A stretch of DNA of 63,124 nt, filler included. It is 3 parts of 3 records of this genome, joined end to end, with 100 filler letters (N's around TTAATTAATTAA, not from the genome) between each part and the next. Parts side by side here need not be neighbours in the genome. Positions count along the whole stretch, not along the records: positions 13,094 to 31,854 come from SRR31156797_5334; positions 31,955 to 63,124 come from SRR31156797_5340; 1 more part is not named here. One strand, written 5' to 3'. Of the stretch, positions 29,350 to 38,974 are shown one piece after another. The notes beneath the pieces were generated by a model that saw nothing but the letters and a program-made list of their open reading frames with translations, was not told the origin of the DNA and ran no database searches. The first letter of the stretch is position 1; every line of letters begins with the position of its first letter. The position numbers and the translations under genes were made by a program.

Positions 29350-30468
29350 ATGAATAAAACCAAAAATTCACAAACCATGTTACAACGTTTAATTACAATC
29401 ATCGCAACCCTAACAATATCATTCACAGTGCTAAACGCACAACAACAAGGGCCTTATATAGCTTTTGATAAAGTCGTTCACGATTATGGAAAAATCAAAG
29501 AGAATGATGGAATTGCCAAATACCAGTTTGAATTTACAAACACCGGTAGTGCTCCATTAATCATCAATGAAGTAAAACCTACTTGTGGATGTACCAGTTC
29601 TGAATATACCAAAAAGCCTGTAAGTCCGGGAGAAAAAGGGTTTATTTCTGCTGAGTTTAACCCCAAAAATCGTCCCGGTCCATTTAACAAAACAATTAGA
29701 GTTTTTACCAATTCTGCAACAAATCCAAATGTTGTACTCAGAATTAAAGGTGACGTACAACCTAAACCTCGCTCAATTGAAGATGATTATCCAAGAAGTA
29801 TGGGGCCATTGCGTTTCGACAATACCCAATTTGCTTTTATGAATATCTCAAATAAGGAGAAAAGAATGAGCACAGTTAAGTTTATAAATGCTTCAGAAGA
29901 AGAGCTTACACTTGAATTTGGAAATCTTCCTGCTTATTTGGACGTTACAATAAATCCTAAGACAGTAAAGCCCGGTGAAACAGGAGAAATCCAAACCACA
30001 TTCCTTGGAGATAAAGCAAATGACCTTGGCTACATAAGAGGTAGAATGTCATTAAAAATAAATGGAGATATCAATCCCCGACATAATATGGTAGTTACAG
30101 CTTTGGTAAACGAAGATTTCTCTCATTTGTCTGAAGAAGAGCTTGCAAACGCTCCACATATTAAATTTGAAAATGAAAAATTTGAATTTGGCACTATCAC
30201 TGAGGGTGAAAAAGTAACACACGAATTCAAATTCACCAATACGGGTAAAAGCGACCTTATCATTCGTAAAGTTCATGCTAGTTGTGGATGCACAGCTGTA
30301 GCACCACCTAAAAAGGCTATTAAACCAGGAGAAACCAGTTCTATTAAAGCTACTTTCAACTCTAGAGGAAAACACAACAGACAGCATAAAACAATTCGTA
30401 TTTATGCCAACGACCCTGAAAATAGTATATCTACTCTAATTATTAGAGGAGAAGTAAAAAAAAAGTAA
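29350..30468 (+). CDS. DUF1573 domain protein (three Ig-like domains)
   Basis: Two repeats of F.FTNTG..PL/DLII..V..(T/S)CGCT. Signal peptide; the start may be MLQRL at 29377. Confidence 0.88.
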   Translation: MNKTKNSQTMLQRLITIIATLTISFTVLNAQQQGPYIAFDKVVHDYGKIKENDGIAKYQFEFTNTGSAPLIINEVKPTCGCTSSEYTKKPVSPGEKGFISAEFNPKNRPGPFNKTIRVFTNSATNPNVVLRIKGDVQPKPRSIEDDYPRSMGPLRFDNTQFAFMNISNKEKRMSTVKFINASEEELTLEFGNLPAYLDVTINPKTVKPGETGEIQTTFLGDKANDLGYIRGRMSLKINGDINPRHNMVVTALVNEDFSHLSEEELANAPHIKFENEKFEFGTITEGEKVTHEFKFTNTGKSDLIIRKVHASCGCTAVAPPKKAIKPGETSSIKATFNSRGKHNRQHKTIRIYANDPENSISTLIIRGEVKKK

Positions 30469-30499
30469 AAGCGCAGGAGCTTAGAATATATTAAAACAG

Positions 30500-30526
30500 A
30501 AGAGGGCGAAAAGCCCTCTTTTTTTT
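30500..30526 (+). terminator. Rho-independent terminator
   Basis: AAGAGGGC-GAAAA-GCCCTCTT followed by a T-run. Confidence 0.8.
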
Positions 30527-30658
30527 ATATTAACATATATCTTTATAAGGATAAACACTGCATTTTATAGGCAAAAAACACCTTACATATTTTTCGCACC
30601 AAACAAAAAGGTATTTACTTTGTAGATTATAAATCAATCTGAAAAGATCACATAATCA

Positions 30659-31750
30659 ATGTCTGATAAAAAAGAACCATATAAAAGTGCACTCAAAGTA
30701 AATGAGGGTGTAAATCAACCACCCAGCATTAGCCCCAGTGCACGCCATAATTTTAAACGGTTTCGTAAAAAAGAGCTAACACTTGACGAATACTACGATG
30801 GCATTGTAAATGGTAATCGTAGCATATTAAGCCGAGCTATCACATTAGTTGAAAGTGCTTTGCCAGTGCATCAGGAAATGGCTCAGCAGATTATAGAAAA
30901 GTGTATTCCCCTTTCAGGTAACTCTATACGAATTGGGATTACAGGCGTGCCGGGTGTTGGAAAAAGTACATTTATTGAATCACTCGGTACTGAAATAACT
31001 TCAAGAGGACATAAACTCGCTGTTTTAGCTATTGACCCAAGTAGTGAACGTTCAAAGGGTTCTATTTTAGGAGATAAAACACGAATGGAAAACTTATCCA
31101 GTAATCCTCATGCATTTATTCGCCCCTCACCTTCAGCTGGCTCTCTGGGAGGAGTAGCTAGAAAAACGCGTGAGTCAATGATACTTTGCGAGGCAGCAGG
31201 TTTCGATACTATTTTTATCGAAACGGTAGGTGTTGGACAAAGTGAAACAGCCGTGCATTCCATGGTTGATTTCTTTTTACTCCTTATGCTTGCTGGCGCA
31301 GGAGATGAATTGCAAGGCATTAAACGAGGAATTATGGAAATGGCTGATGCCATTGCTATCAACAAAGCTGACGGAACAAATAAAGATAAAGCCAATCGTG
31401 CCAAAGCTGAATACACTAGTGCATTGCATCTCTTCCCTCCTTCTCCATCAAAATGGTCACCAAAAGTGGTTACATGTTCGGCATTGCATCACATTGATAT
31501 TAACCGAGTTTGGGATACTATTAACGACTATAAAAAACTCACACAGGAAAACCAGTATTGGTTCCACAAACGCAAAGAACAGTCCCGCTATTGGATGTAT
31601 GAAACCATTAATGAGCAACTGCGCAATAATTTTTATCATAATGATGAAATATCGAAAGAGTTAAAAAATGCCGAAGACGATGTATTAAGCAATAAGCTAA
31701 GCTCCTTTCAGGCTGCACAGAAACTGCTCGACGAGTATTTTAAAAGATGA
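30659..31750 (+). CDS. meaB: Methylmalonyl-CoA mutase-associated GTPase MeaB/ArgK
   Basis: GITGVPGVGKST, DPSS..KGSILGDKTRM, ETVGVGQSE, GDELQGIKRG, NKADG. Confidence 0.93.
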   Translation: MSDKKEPYKSALKVNEGVNQPPSISPSARHNFKRFRKKELTLDEYYDGIVNGNRSILSRAITLVESALPVHQEMAQQIIEKCIPLSGNSIRIGITGVPGVGKSTFIESLGTEITSRGHKLAVLAIDPSSERSKGSILGDKTRMENLSSNPHAFIRPSPSAGSLGGVARKTRESMILCEAAGFDTIFIETVGVGQSETAVHSMVDFFLLLMLAGAGDELQGIKRGIMEMADAIAINKADGTNKDKANRAKAEYTSALHLFPPSPSKWSPKVVTCSALHHIDINRVWDTINDYKKLTQENQYWFHKRKEQSRYWMYETINEQLRNNFYHNDEISKELKNAEDDVLSNKLSSFQAAQKLLDEYFKR

Positions 31751-31769
31751 GGTTTCAATCAAAAAGAGA

Positions 31770-31854
31770 ACAGAATACAGAATACAGAATGCAGAATACA
31801 GAATACAGAGGACAGAAAACAGAGAACAGAATACAGAAAACAGAAGACAGAAAA
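31770..31854 (+). repeat. 7-bp tandem repeat (ACAGAAT consensus) x12 at the contig end
   Basis: acagaat x3, gcagaat, acagaat, acagagg, acagaaa, acagaga, acagaat, acagaaa, acagaag, acagaaa, running into the linker. Confidence 0.9.
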
Positions 31855-31954
31855 NNNNNNNNNNNNNNNNNNNNNNNNNNNNNNNNNNNNNNNNNNNNTT
31901 AATTAATTAANNNNNNNNNNNNNNNNNNNNNNNNNNNNNNNNNNNNNNNNNNNN
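31855..31954. other. Artificial contig linker (N44-TTAATTAATTAA-N44)
   Basis: Identical to the linker at 12994-13093. Confidence 0.98.
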
Positions 31955-33712
31955 CATGGGTGTCCTGATTTCATGGCTCATGTTTGCAAGGAATGCTGAT
32001 TTCAGCCGGTCGGATTCTTCGGCTTTGGCCCTGGCCTGTTCAAGAGCCCGGTTTTTTTGGATACGCTCTATAAATGTACCCACATTGTTGGCAATGATTT
32101 CGAGGGTTTCCAGGTCATTTTGATTGTAGGCATCGCGGTTGTGGTAATCCTGTATAGCCAGCACACCCAAAACTTCATTGTTGTCGGCATTTATCAATGG
32201 CGCTCCAAGCCAAACACTGCTTTCGTTTCCAACAAGTTTGATCTCATTCTTTTCCGTGAGTTCTTTTTTATTTATGTGGTTTATTATTTGCCCCTTTCCT
32301 TTTCGTCTCACATAATCGGTCAGGCTGCCTTTAATGTCAATCGCGTCATTTGATTCCCAGTTTTCGGTTTCATCTTCAAAATAGGGGAAAGTATATTTAT
32401 CATTATCTTTTTGGTATAAAGCCACAAAGAGGTTTCTGGCAGGCATAATGCTGGCCACCTGCCGGTGCATCATTTCAAGGAAATCATGAAAGCTCAGATC
32501 CATTTGTGATACTTTGGATATTTCGTACAGGACATTGCGGATTTGTTCCGACTTGTTTTGTTCGGTAATATCGGTTATAATAGAAAACAGGTATGTTTTG
32601 CCATTTATCAGATTTGGAGTTGAATGCACTTCTACATCTTTTACAGTGCCATTTTTTGTGACATGTTTAAATTGGAACTTATTGGCCTGGAACTTATGCG
32701 CCTGCTTCATTTTTTTAATCACTTCCGGCTTCGAAAGCTGATTTAAATTAAAAATGGAAAATTTTGAAAATTCTTCTTTTGTGTAACCATAAAATTCTTC
32801 GGCAGCTTTATTGGCGTTTTTAATGCTACCATCATCAGGATCAATCAATAGCATAACCGCATTGTGATTTTCAAACAGGTTCCTGAATCGGTTTTCACTT
32901 TCTACAAGTTTGCTATGTTGCTCCTTGCTTTTGGTAATGTCTTCAGAGATAATCTGAACACCAATTATTTGCTTGTTGTCATCTTTTATTCGGGCATAAG
33001 TACTTCTAAACCAATAAGATTTGTTGTTGATCATTAGATTATCGTCGTAAGCTTGTGTTTTGTTGCTTTTCAGGGCGATTTTCATCCTGCGCATATATTC
33101 TTCAGCCTGTTTCACCGGAAATATATCAAAAATGCTTTTCCCACTAAAGTCGGATGGTATTCCACCCATTGTTTTGGCTGCCATATCGTTATAGGAAATT
33201 ACCATTCCATTCGGTTTGTAATAGCCAACCCGTAATCCGGAATGCTCATGCAACAGTCGGTAACGTTGTTCATTCTCAACCACAGCAAATTCAGCCTTTT
33301 TGCGTTCACTGATATCGATTGCCGAGGCAGCCAAATATTCGGGATTTCCGTCCTGATCATAAATTGTTAAACCCGTCATAAGCATCGGAAACCTGGTTCC
33401 ATCCTTATGCAGGTGCCATACCTCCTCATGCTCATACCCGCCTTCTTTTATCAGCATTTGGTTTAATTTTATTACTCTGGGAAGTTGGTCTTCACTGTGA
33501 AAAACGGATAGATTTTTCCCAATCAACGCTTCTTTTTTATACCCATGGATTTCAGCAAAGTACCTGTTCAGGTATAAAATATTGCCCTCTTCGTCTGTAA
33601 TGGCACTGCCATAAAGTGATTTTTCAAGCACAGTCCTGAAGATTGAATTTTCTGCTGCCTCCAGCTTTTGCCTCTTCTCTGCTATTTTCCTGCTTTCATT
33701 TGTTTTTTTCAT
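31955..33712 (-). CDS. PAS-PAS-PAS-GAF sensor histidine kinase (3' truncated at the contig edge)
   Basis: Three PAS repeats, a GAF domain (WLGAPL..VLGVLAIQ), then ESDRLKSAFLANMSHEIRTPM up to the gap. Confidence 0.88.
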
Positions 33713-33726
33713 AGCCTTTTTGTTGG

Positions 33727-36700
33727 TTAGCTGATTTCTCCTTTATAATGCTTGTTCATGGTTTCGAGGAGGGTGGCTTTTTTAACAGGTTTTGGGAGGT
33801 AATCGTTACATCCTGCTTCCAGCGCCTTTTCGCGGTCACCACTCAGGGCATAGGCAGTTTGGGCAATGATGATGATTTCCCTGTTGAATTTTCTGATTTC
33901 CTTTGTGGCATCATAACCATTCATTTCGGGCATTTTAATGTCCATCAAAACAACCGAAATTTCCGGTTTGGCTTTAACCAAATCAACAGCCTTCCTGCCC
34001 GAAATCACATGGAGAATTTCTCTACATTCATTTTTTAGTATTTCGGTAAGATACATATCGGAGGTTTCCTCATCCTCAGCAATTAGAATTATGGCATCTT
34101 CAAGTGTTTTTGATTTTTGCCGCATACCTGGTTTTTCCTTTTCGTTTACTTTGCCCTCGTTGGGCTGGACATTCTGAGCCGGGATTTCCAGGAAAAATGT
34201 TGAGCCCCCTAGTTCATTGGATTCAACCCAGATATTTCCACCAAGCATTTTTGCATACGCTTTTGAAATGGCCAGTCCAAGGCCTGCACCTTCCATGGCT
34301 TTTTTATCTTCGATATCGGCCTGTACAAAACGTTCAAAAATGGCCTCCCGGCGGTCTTCACTTACGCCAATACCGGTATCTTTAACAAAAAACCTGATGT
34401 TGGACTTGTGCTCCTGATAGCCAAATTCAACATTTCCGTCAGGTGTGTATTTAACCGCATTTTTGAGTAGGTTGGCCAGGATGGCATAAAGCTTCTCGCG
34501 ATCGGTAACCAGTATGTCACCGGTAGATTCCTCCGGGAATAGGCATTTAAAATCCAGGCCTTTTTTGGCCATCTCCGGTTTAAAAAAGCTGCACAGAAAT
34601 TCGGTCTGTTCCCGGAGGTTGGTTTCTGTCGGCGTATACTCAACCTGTCCTGCTTCAATTTTAGATATGTCAATCAGGTCGTTGATGATGTTGAGCATCC
34701 GTTCCCCGCTTTTTTCGATCACATAGATGTACTTATCACGTTGTTCACCGGAAAGTTCAGGTTCTTTTAGCAGGTCTGCAAAACCAAGAATGCCATTCAT
34801 GGGTGTCCTGATTTCGTGGCTCATGTTGGCGAGGAAGGCTGATTTCAACCGGTCGGATTCCTCGGCCTGTTCCTTGGCATCGATTAACTCCTGATCTGCC
34901 TTCTTTTTATCAGTGATATCACGGGCAGTTACCACAGAGCCAATTATTTTTCCGTTACTGTCGAGCACAGGGCCAAAGTTATAACTGCCAATCCAGGTTT
35001 CGCCGGTATCTTTGCGTTTGAGATGGTATTCCTCATTTATTCCATACTCTCCTCTAAGTGCTCTGTTTACAGCCCACCTGTCTAATGGCAATAATTTTCC
35101 GTCGGGATAAAAGACGTCCAGGAAAGCAGGATACGCATCCAGGGTTCTGGCACATTCCTCTCTTGTTTTAAATTTATGAAAAGTGGCAAATGCCTCATTG
35201 AAATTGATAAATGCGCCAGTTAAATCCGAGATAAAAACTGCATCAGACATACTTTCGAGTGCAGCATTAAGTCTACCGGAAATTTCTTCCGCTTGTTCCT
35301 TGGCTTTAACCAGCTCCATTTCCGTTCGTTTTTGTGTGGTGATGTCGTGGAGCACTCCGGTAACTTTAACCGGAACTCCATTTTCATCTCTGATGAGTTC
35401 ACCCAATGAACGGATTATTTTTTGTTCATTTGAGTTTAGCGGATCAACTGAAAAAATAATATCGTAAGGTTTGTTTTTTTCGATAAGATCGATCATGGTC
35501 TGGTTAACCCGGTCTCTATCGGCAGAATCAACCAGTTTCATGACCTCTGATGATGAGAAAAAATCTTTATTCAAATCCAGCCCGTACATTCTTTTCCCTT
35601 CATCAGAACCCCAGAACTGATCATTAATCAAATCGTATTCCCAGCTTCCGATGTGCCCTACCTCCTGAGCCTTGCGATAACGATTTTCACTGGTTTCTGC
35701 CATCTCTTTGGCCTTCATCAATTCCGCTTCTGCCTTTTTTTGTTTTGTAATGTCCCGAAACTCAACAACCCTTGCTTTTTTGCCTTTGTATGGGATCATT
35801 CTTGCTTCGAGCTGAAGCGGGTATTGCTCACCATTTTTACGTAAACCAAAGGCTTCATATGGTTTTTCGTATTCGGCAAGGATATTGTCCATTACCACTT
35901 TCCTTGATTTTTCTGCGATAAGCAGCAGGCCATCCATGCCAATCAATTCTTCGAAGCTGTAGCCTGTGATTTCGCTCAACCCCTTGTTACAATCCAGAAT
36001 TAAACCTTTATCGTGTATGGTAATTCCGCCAAACGAAGCATTGTGCAATGCTTTAAACCTTGTCTCACTTTCCTTTAGGGATTGTTCTGCTTTTTTTCGA
36101 TCATGGATATCGAACATGGCACCCAGCACCTGGGTGGCTATACCTTTTTCGTTTTTCCTGAAAACCGAATTTGTAAGCAACATCCAGCGCCACTCTCCCT
36201 GGTGTTTCAACCTGATCTCCACCTCGTATTTATCTATCTCAGGGTTGCCGATCATTTCTGCTGATTTTTCCCCAAGTTTTGCGAAATCATCAGGATGTGT
36301 CAGTTCTGAAATATCGTGGTAGGTTAATGCGTCAGTGGATTTTTCAAGATTTTGAAAGAATTTTTTATGTACTTCATTGGTGTAAATGTTTTGTTGTTTT
36401 TCAACATCATAAATATAAATGAGGGCAGGTGTGGTGTTGGCAACAGCATTGGCAAATAGTTCGCTTTCGCGGAGTGCTTTTTCATTGAGCTTACGATCGG
36501 TAATATCCCGGGCAATACCGTAAAAATGGAAGATTCCATCAACCATATATTTTTTGCCGCTGACCTCCACAGGAAAAATTTCACCATTTTTGCGCTGATG
36601 ATTTGTTTCAAAAGTATGTTGCTGGTCAGCAGGTATTTTATCCCAGAATTCGAGAAACTGACCGAGGTCGAAATTCGGGTCAACTTCTGATATCTCTTTT

Positions 36701-38961
36701 CCGATCAGTTCATCCTGCTTATAACCTAAATTTTTACAGGCGGTGGAGTTTACTTCCAAAAAGCGGCCTTTGTCCGAAATGAGGAATATGGCGTCAGATG
36801 CCGTTTCGATGAGGTTCCGGTAGCGTTCTTCGCTGCTTTTGAGTGCTTTATCCCTTTCGATCCTTTGTGATATGTCTCTGGCCAGGCCCAAAACAACTTT
36901 TTTGCCTCCCATTACCACAGGTTGTGTTTGAATTTCGACGGGTATTTTTCTGCCATCTTTTCGTATCAACTGAAATTCATCCGGGCCGGTGCTTTTTCCT
37001 AAAACATTTTTTGCCATGCCTTTAAGTGCTTTTGGCAATTCGATGGCTGGTAGTAATTTTAGTTTTGTAAAGTCTTTACCCAGCAAATCATCTTTATTAT
37101 AGCCCAGTAATTCTTCTGCTTTCTTATTGCCGTCAATAAACCGTCCTTTCAAATCATTGATGTAATAAGCATCTGGTGCCAATTCAAATAGTGTTTTAAA
37201 CTTCTCTTCGGATTCGGTGAGTGCCTGTTCGGCATTTTTCTGGACGGTAATGTCGCGACCAACCCCCACAATTTCTTTTACTTCACCGTTTTCATCCAGT
37301 ATGGCTTTGTCTTCCCACCCAAACCATTTCCACCCGTCCCGGGTCATGGCGCGTTGCTCCATATACGCCTGGTGTGGTGGATGGTAAATTTCCTTCATGG
37401 CTTCCTCGGTTGTGGCTCTGTCATCCGGGTGGACCAACGGCATAAAGGCTTTGCCCAATAATTCCTCAGCAGTTTTGCCAAACATCTGACAGTAGGAGGG
37501 GCTGACAAACATGAATTTACCTTCGTGATCTACTTTTACCACAAGGTCGGTTTGATTTTCGATAATCAGCCTGTAGTTGCTTTCGCTGCGTTTTAGTTTT
37601 GCTTCGGCCTTTTTCTGCCAGGTGATGTCGTAATTGATGCCGGTCATTTTTAGGGCTCTGCCTGCATCATCGCGCGTGATCACTGCATTGGCTTTCAGAT
37701 ACCTGATTTCCTTGTTGGGTCGTATAATACGAAACTCAGTATCAAAATCTTTTTCACCATTGATGGCCAGTTGTACTTCATGGTCAGTTTTTTCAATATC
37801 ATCCGGATGCACACCCTTTTTCCAGGTTTCATAGGCGACTCCAAAATTTTCTGGTGAAGTGCCGTAAAGTTTAAACATCCACTCATCCCACGTGAGTTTA
37901 TTGTTCACCAAATCAAGTTCCCAAACACCAAATTTTGCTGAATCTGCAGCAAGCTTTAGGCGTTCAGTCAGTTCGCGCAATTGCTCCTGTGCTTCCTGTT
38001 TTGATGTGATATTGCTTGTAACTACCGAAATGCCCTTTACTTCTACACCTTCTTTTATGGGGTTCAACCAGATCTCAAAAATCATTTTTCCCTGGTCAAG
38101 ATCGAAAGTTTCAATCTCATTGACTGATTGTCCTTTTAAAACTTTGTTATATCTCTTTACCCATTTTTCTTTTTCATCGGCGGGTACACATGCTGTAATG
38201 TCTGTACCTTTTTTCAGCTCTACACCATAGTAGTGTTTGAATTCTTCCCTGAACTTGTTGTTTACAGTTAAGATTCTGAAGTTTCTGTCAACCGACCATA
38301 TCGAATCGCCTGCACTTTCAAGCACTGCTGCTAAATTTGCTTCACTTTCACGGAGTGAATTTTCGATTGCCCTTTTCTCCGTAACATCTTCTCCGGAGCT
38401 AAATATTCCGAAAATACTTCCATCGTTACTGTGAAGGACTGAATTGTGCCAGGCTATGTTGCGTTCAGTACCGTCAGGCCTGATAATGTAGCTTTCATAG
38501 TATTCAACAGGTTCAAGGTTGCCCGAAATTATTTTATTGAAAACTTCCTTTACATCAGTTATTTCACGTTGTGGGAGAAAATTATCAAACCAGTTTTTGC
38601 CGATGATTTCATGTTTGGGTAATCCCAAAATTTCGCAACCTTTGGCGTTGATATCAGAAACGGTCTGATCCTCATTCAAAGCGAGCATCATAACCGCTGC
38701 CATATCCAAATACTGGCGGGTTATATCCCTTTGTGTTGTCAGATTATGTATTATCTTTTCAAGATTCAGCTCTTCTGCCTCCCCTCCATTGTAACCTAAA
38801 ATATCACGGAGTTTTTTGTTGAATCGTATATGTTCTCCGTCAGGCTCAACCTGAAGCATTCCGGATGTAATCCGGCTAAAACTGTCGATCAGATTTTTAT
38901 AGCGGTTGAGTTCCTGCTCTGTTTTATGCAATTTATCTTTTAAGTCCCGGATGTTTTCCAT
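33727..38961 (-). CDS. Large soluble hybrid histidine kinase (about 10 PAS + HisKA + HATPase + REC)
   Basis: Many PAS/PAC repeats, SHEIRTPMN, NLLKNAVKY, DTGIG, GAGLGL, receiver LMDIKMP..KP. No TM segment seen. Confidence 0.92.
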   Translation of the reverse strand: MENIRDLKDKLHKTEQELNRYKNLIDSFSRITSGMLQVEPDGEHIRFNKKLRDILGYNGGEAEELNLEKIIHNLTTQRDITRQYLDMAAVMMLALNEDQTVSDINAKGCEILGLPKHEIIGKNWFDNFLPQREITDVKEVFNKIISGNLEPVEYYESYIIRPDGTERNIAWHNSVLHSNDGSIFGIFSSGEDVTEKRAIENSLRESEANLAAVLESAGDSIWSVDRNFRILTVNNKFREEFKHYYGVELKKGTDITACVPADEKEKWVKRYNKVLKGQSVNEIETFDLDQGKMIFEIWLNPIKEGVEVKGISVVTSNITSKQEAQEQLRELTERLKLAADSAKFGVWELDLVNNKLTWDEWMFKLYGTSPENFGVAYETWKKGVHPDDIEKTDHEVQLAINGEKDFDTEFRIIRPNKEIRYLKANAVITRDDAGRALKMTGINYDITWQKKAEAKLKRSESNYRLIIENQTDLVVKVDHEGKFMFVSPSYCQMFGKTAEELLGKAFMPLVHPDDRATTEEAMKEIYHPPHQAYMEQRAMTRDGWKWFGWEDKAILDENGEVKEIVGVGRDITVQKNAEQALTESEEKFKTLFELAPDAYYINDLKGRFIDGNKKAEELLGYNKDDLLGKDFTKLKLLPAIELPKALKGMAKNVLGKSTGPDEFQLIRKDGRKIPVEIQTQPVVMGGKKVVLGLARDISQRIERDKALKSSEERYRNLIETASDAIFLISDKGRFLEVNSTACKNLGYKQDELIGKEISEVDPNFDLGQFLEFWDKIPADQQHTFETNHQRKNGEIFPVEVSGKKYMVDGIFHFYGIARDITDRKLNEKALRESELFANAVANTTPALIYIYDVEKQQNIYTNEVHKKFFQNLEKSTDALTYHDISELTHPDDFAKLGEKSAEMIGNPEIDKYEVEIRLKHQGEWRWMLLTNSVFRKNEKGIATQVLGAMFDIHDRKKAEQSLKESETRFKALHNASFGGITIHDKGLILDCNKGLSEITGYSFEELIGMDGLLLIAEKSRKVVMDNILAEYEKPYEAFGLRKNGEQYPLQLEARMIPYKGKKARVVEFRDITKQKKAEAELMKAKEMAETSENRYRKAQEVGHIGSWEYDLINDQFWGSDEGKRMYGLDLNKDFFSSSEVMKLVDSADRDRVNQTMIDLIEKNKPYDIIFSVDPLNSNEQKIIRSLGELIRDENGVPVKVTGVLHDITTQKRTEMELVKAKEQAEEISGRLNAALESMSDAVFISDLTGAFINFNEAFATFHKFKTREECARTLDAYPAFLDVFYPDGKLLPLDRWAVNRALRGEYGINEEYHLKRKDTGETWIGSYNFGPVLDSNGKIIGSVVTARDITDKKKADQELIDAKEQAEESDRLKSAFLANMSHEIRTPMNGILGFADLLKEPELSGEQRDKYIYVIEKSGERMLNIINDLIDISKIEAGQVEYTPTETNLREQTEFLCSFFKPEMAKKGLDFKCLFPEESTGDILVTDREKLYAILANLLKNAVKYTPDGNVEFGYQEHKSNIRFFVKDTGIGVSEDRREAIFERFVQADIEDKKAMEGAGLGLAISKAYAKMLGGNIWVESNELGGSTFFLEIPAQNVQPNEGKVNEKEKPGMRQKSKTLEDAIILIAEDEETSDMYLTEILKNECREILHVISGRKAVDLVKAKPEISVVLMDIKMPEMNGYDATKEIRKFNREIIIIAQTAYALSGDREKALEAGCNDYLPKPVKKATLLETMNKHYKGEIS

Positions 38962-38974
38962 TTGGGTTTAGTTT

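Noticed and set aside
31770-31854. Possible CRISPR array (also considered at 49381-49420 and 60624-60740)
   Set aside because: Units are 7-16 bp without unique 30-40 bp spacers, and there are no cas genes.
31907-31954. Apparent stop or pseudogene for the 601-aa kinase
   Set aside because: The stop comes from the linker. The gene is cut by the contig end, not shown to be disrupted.
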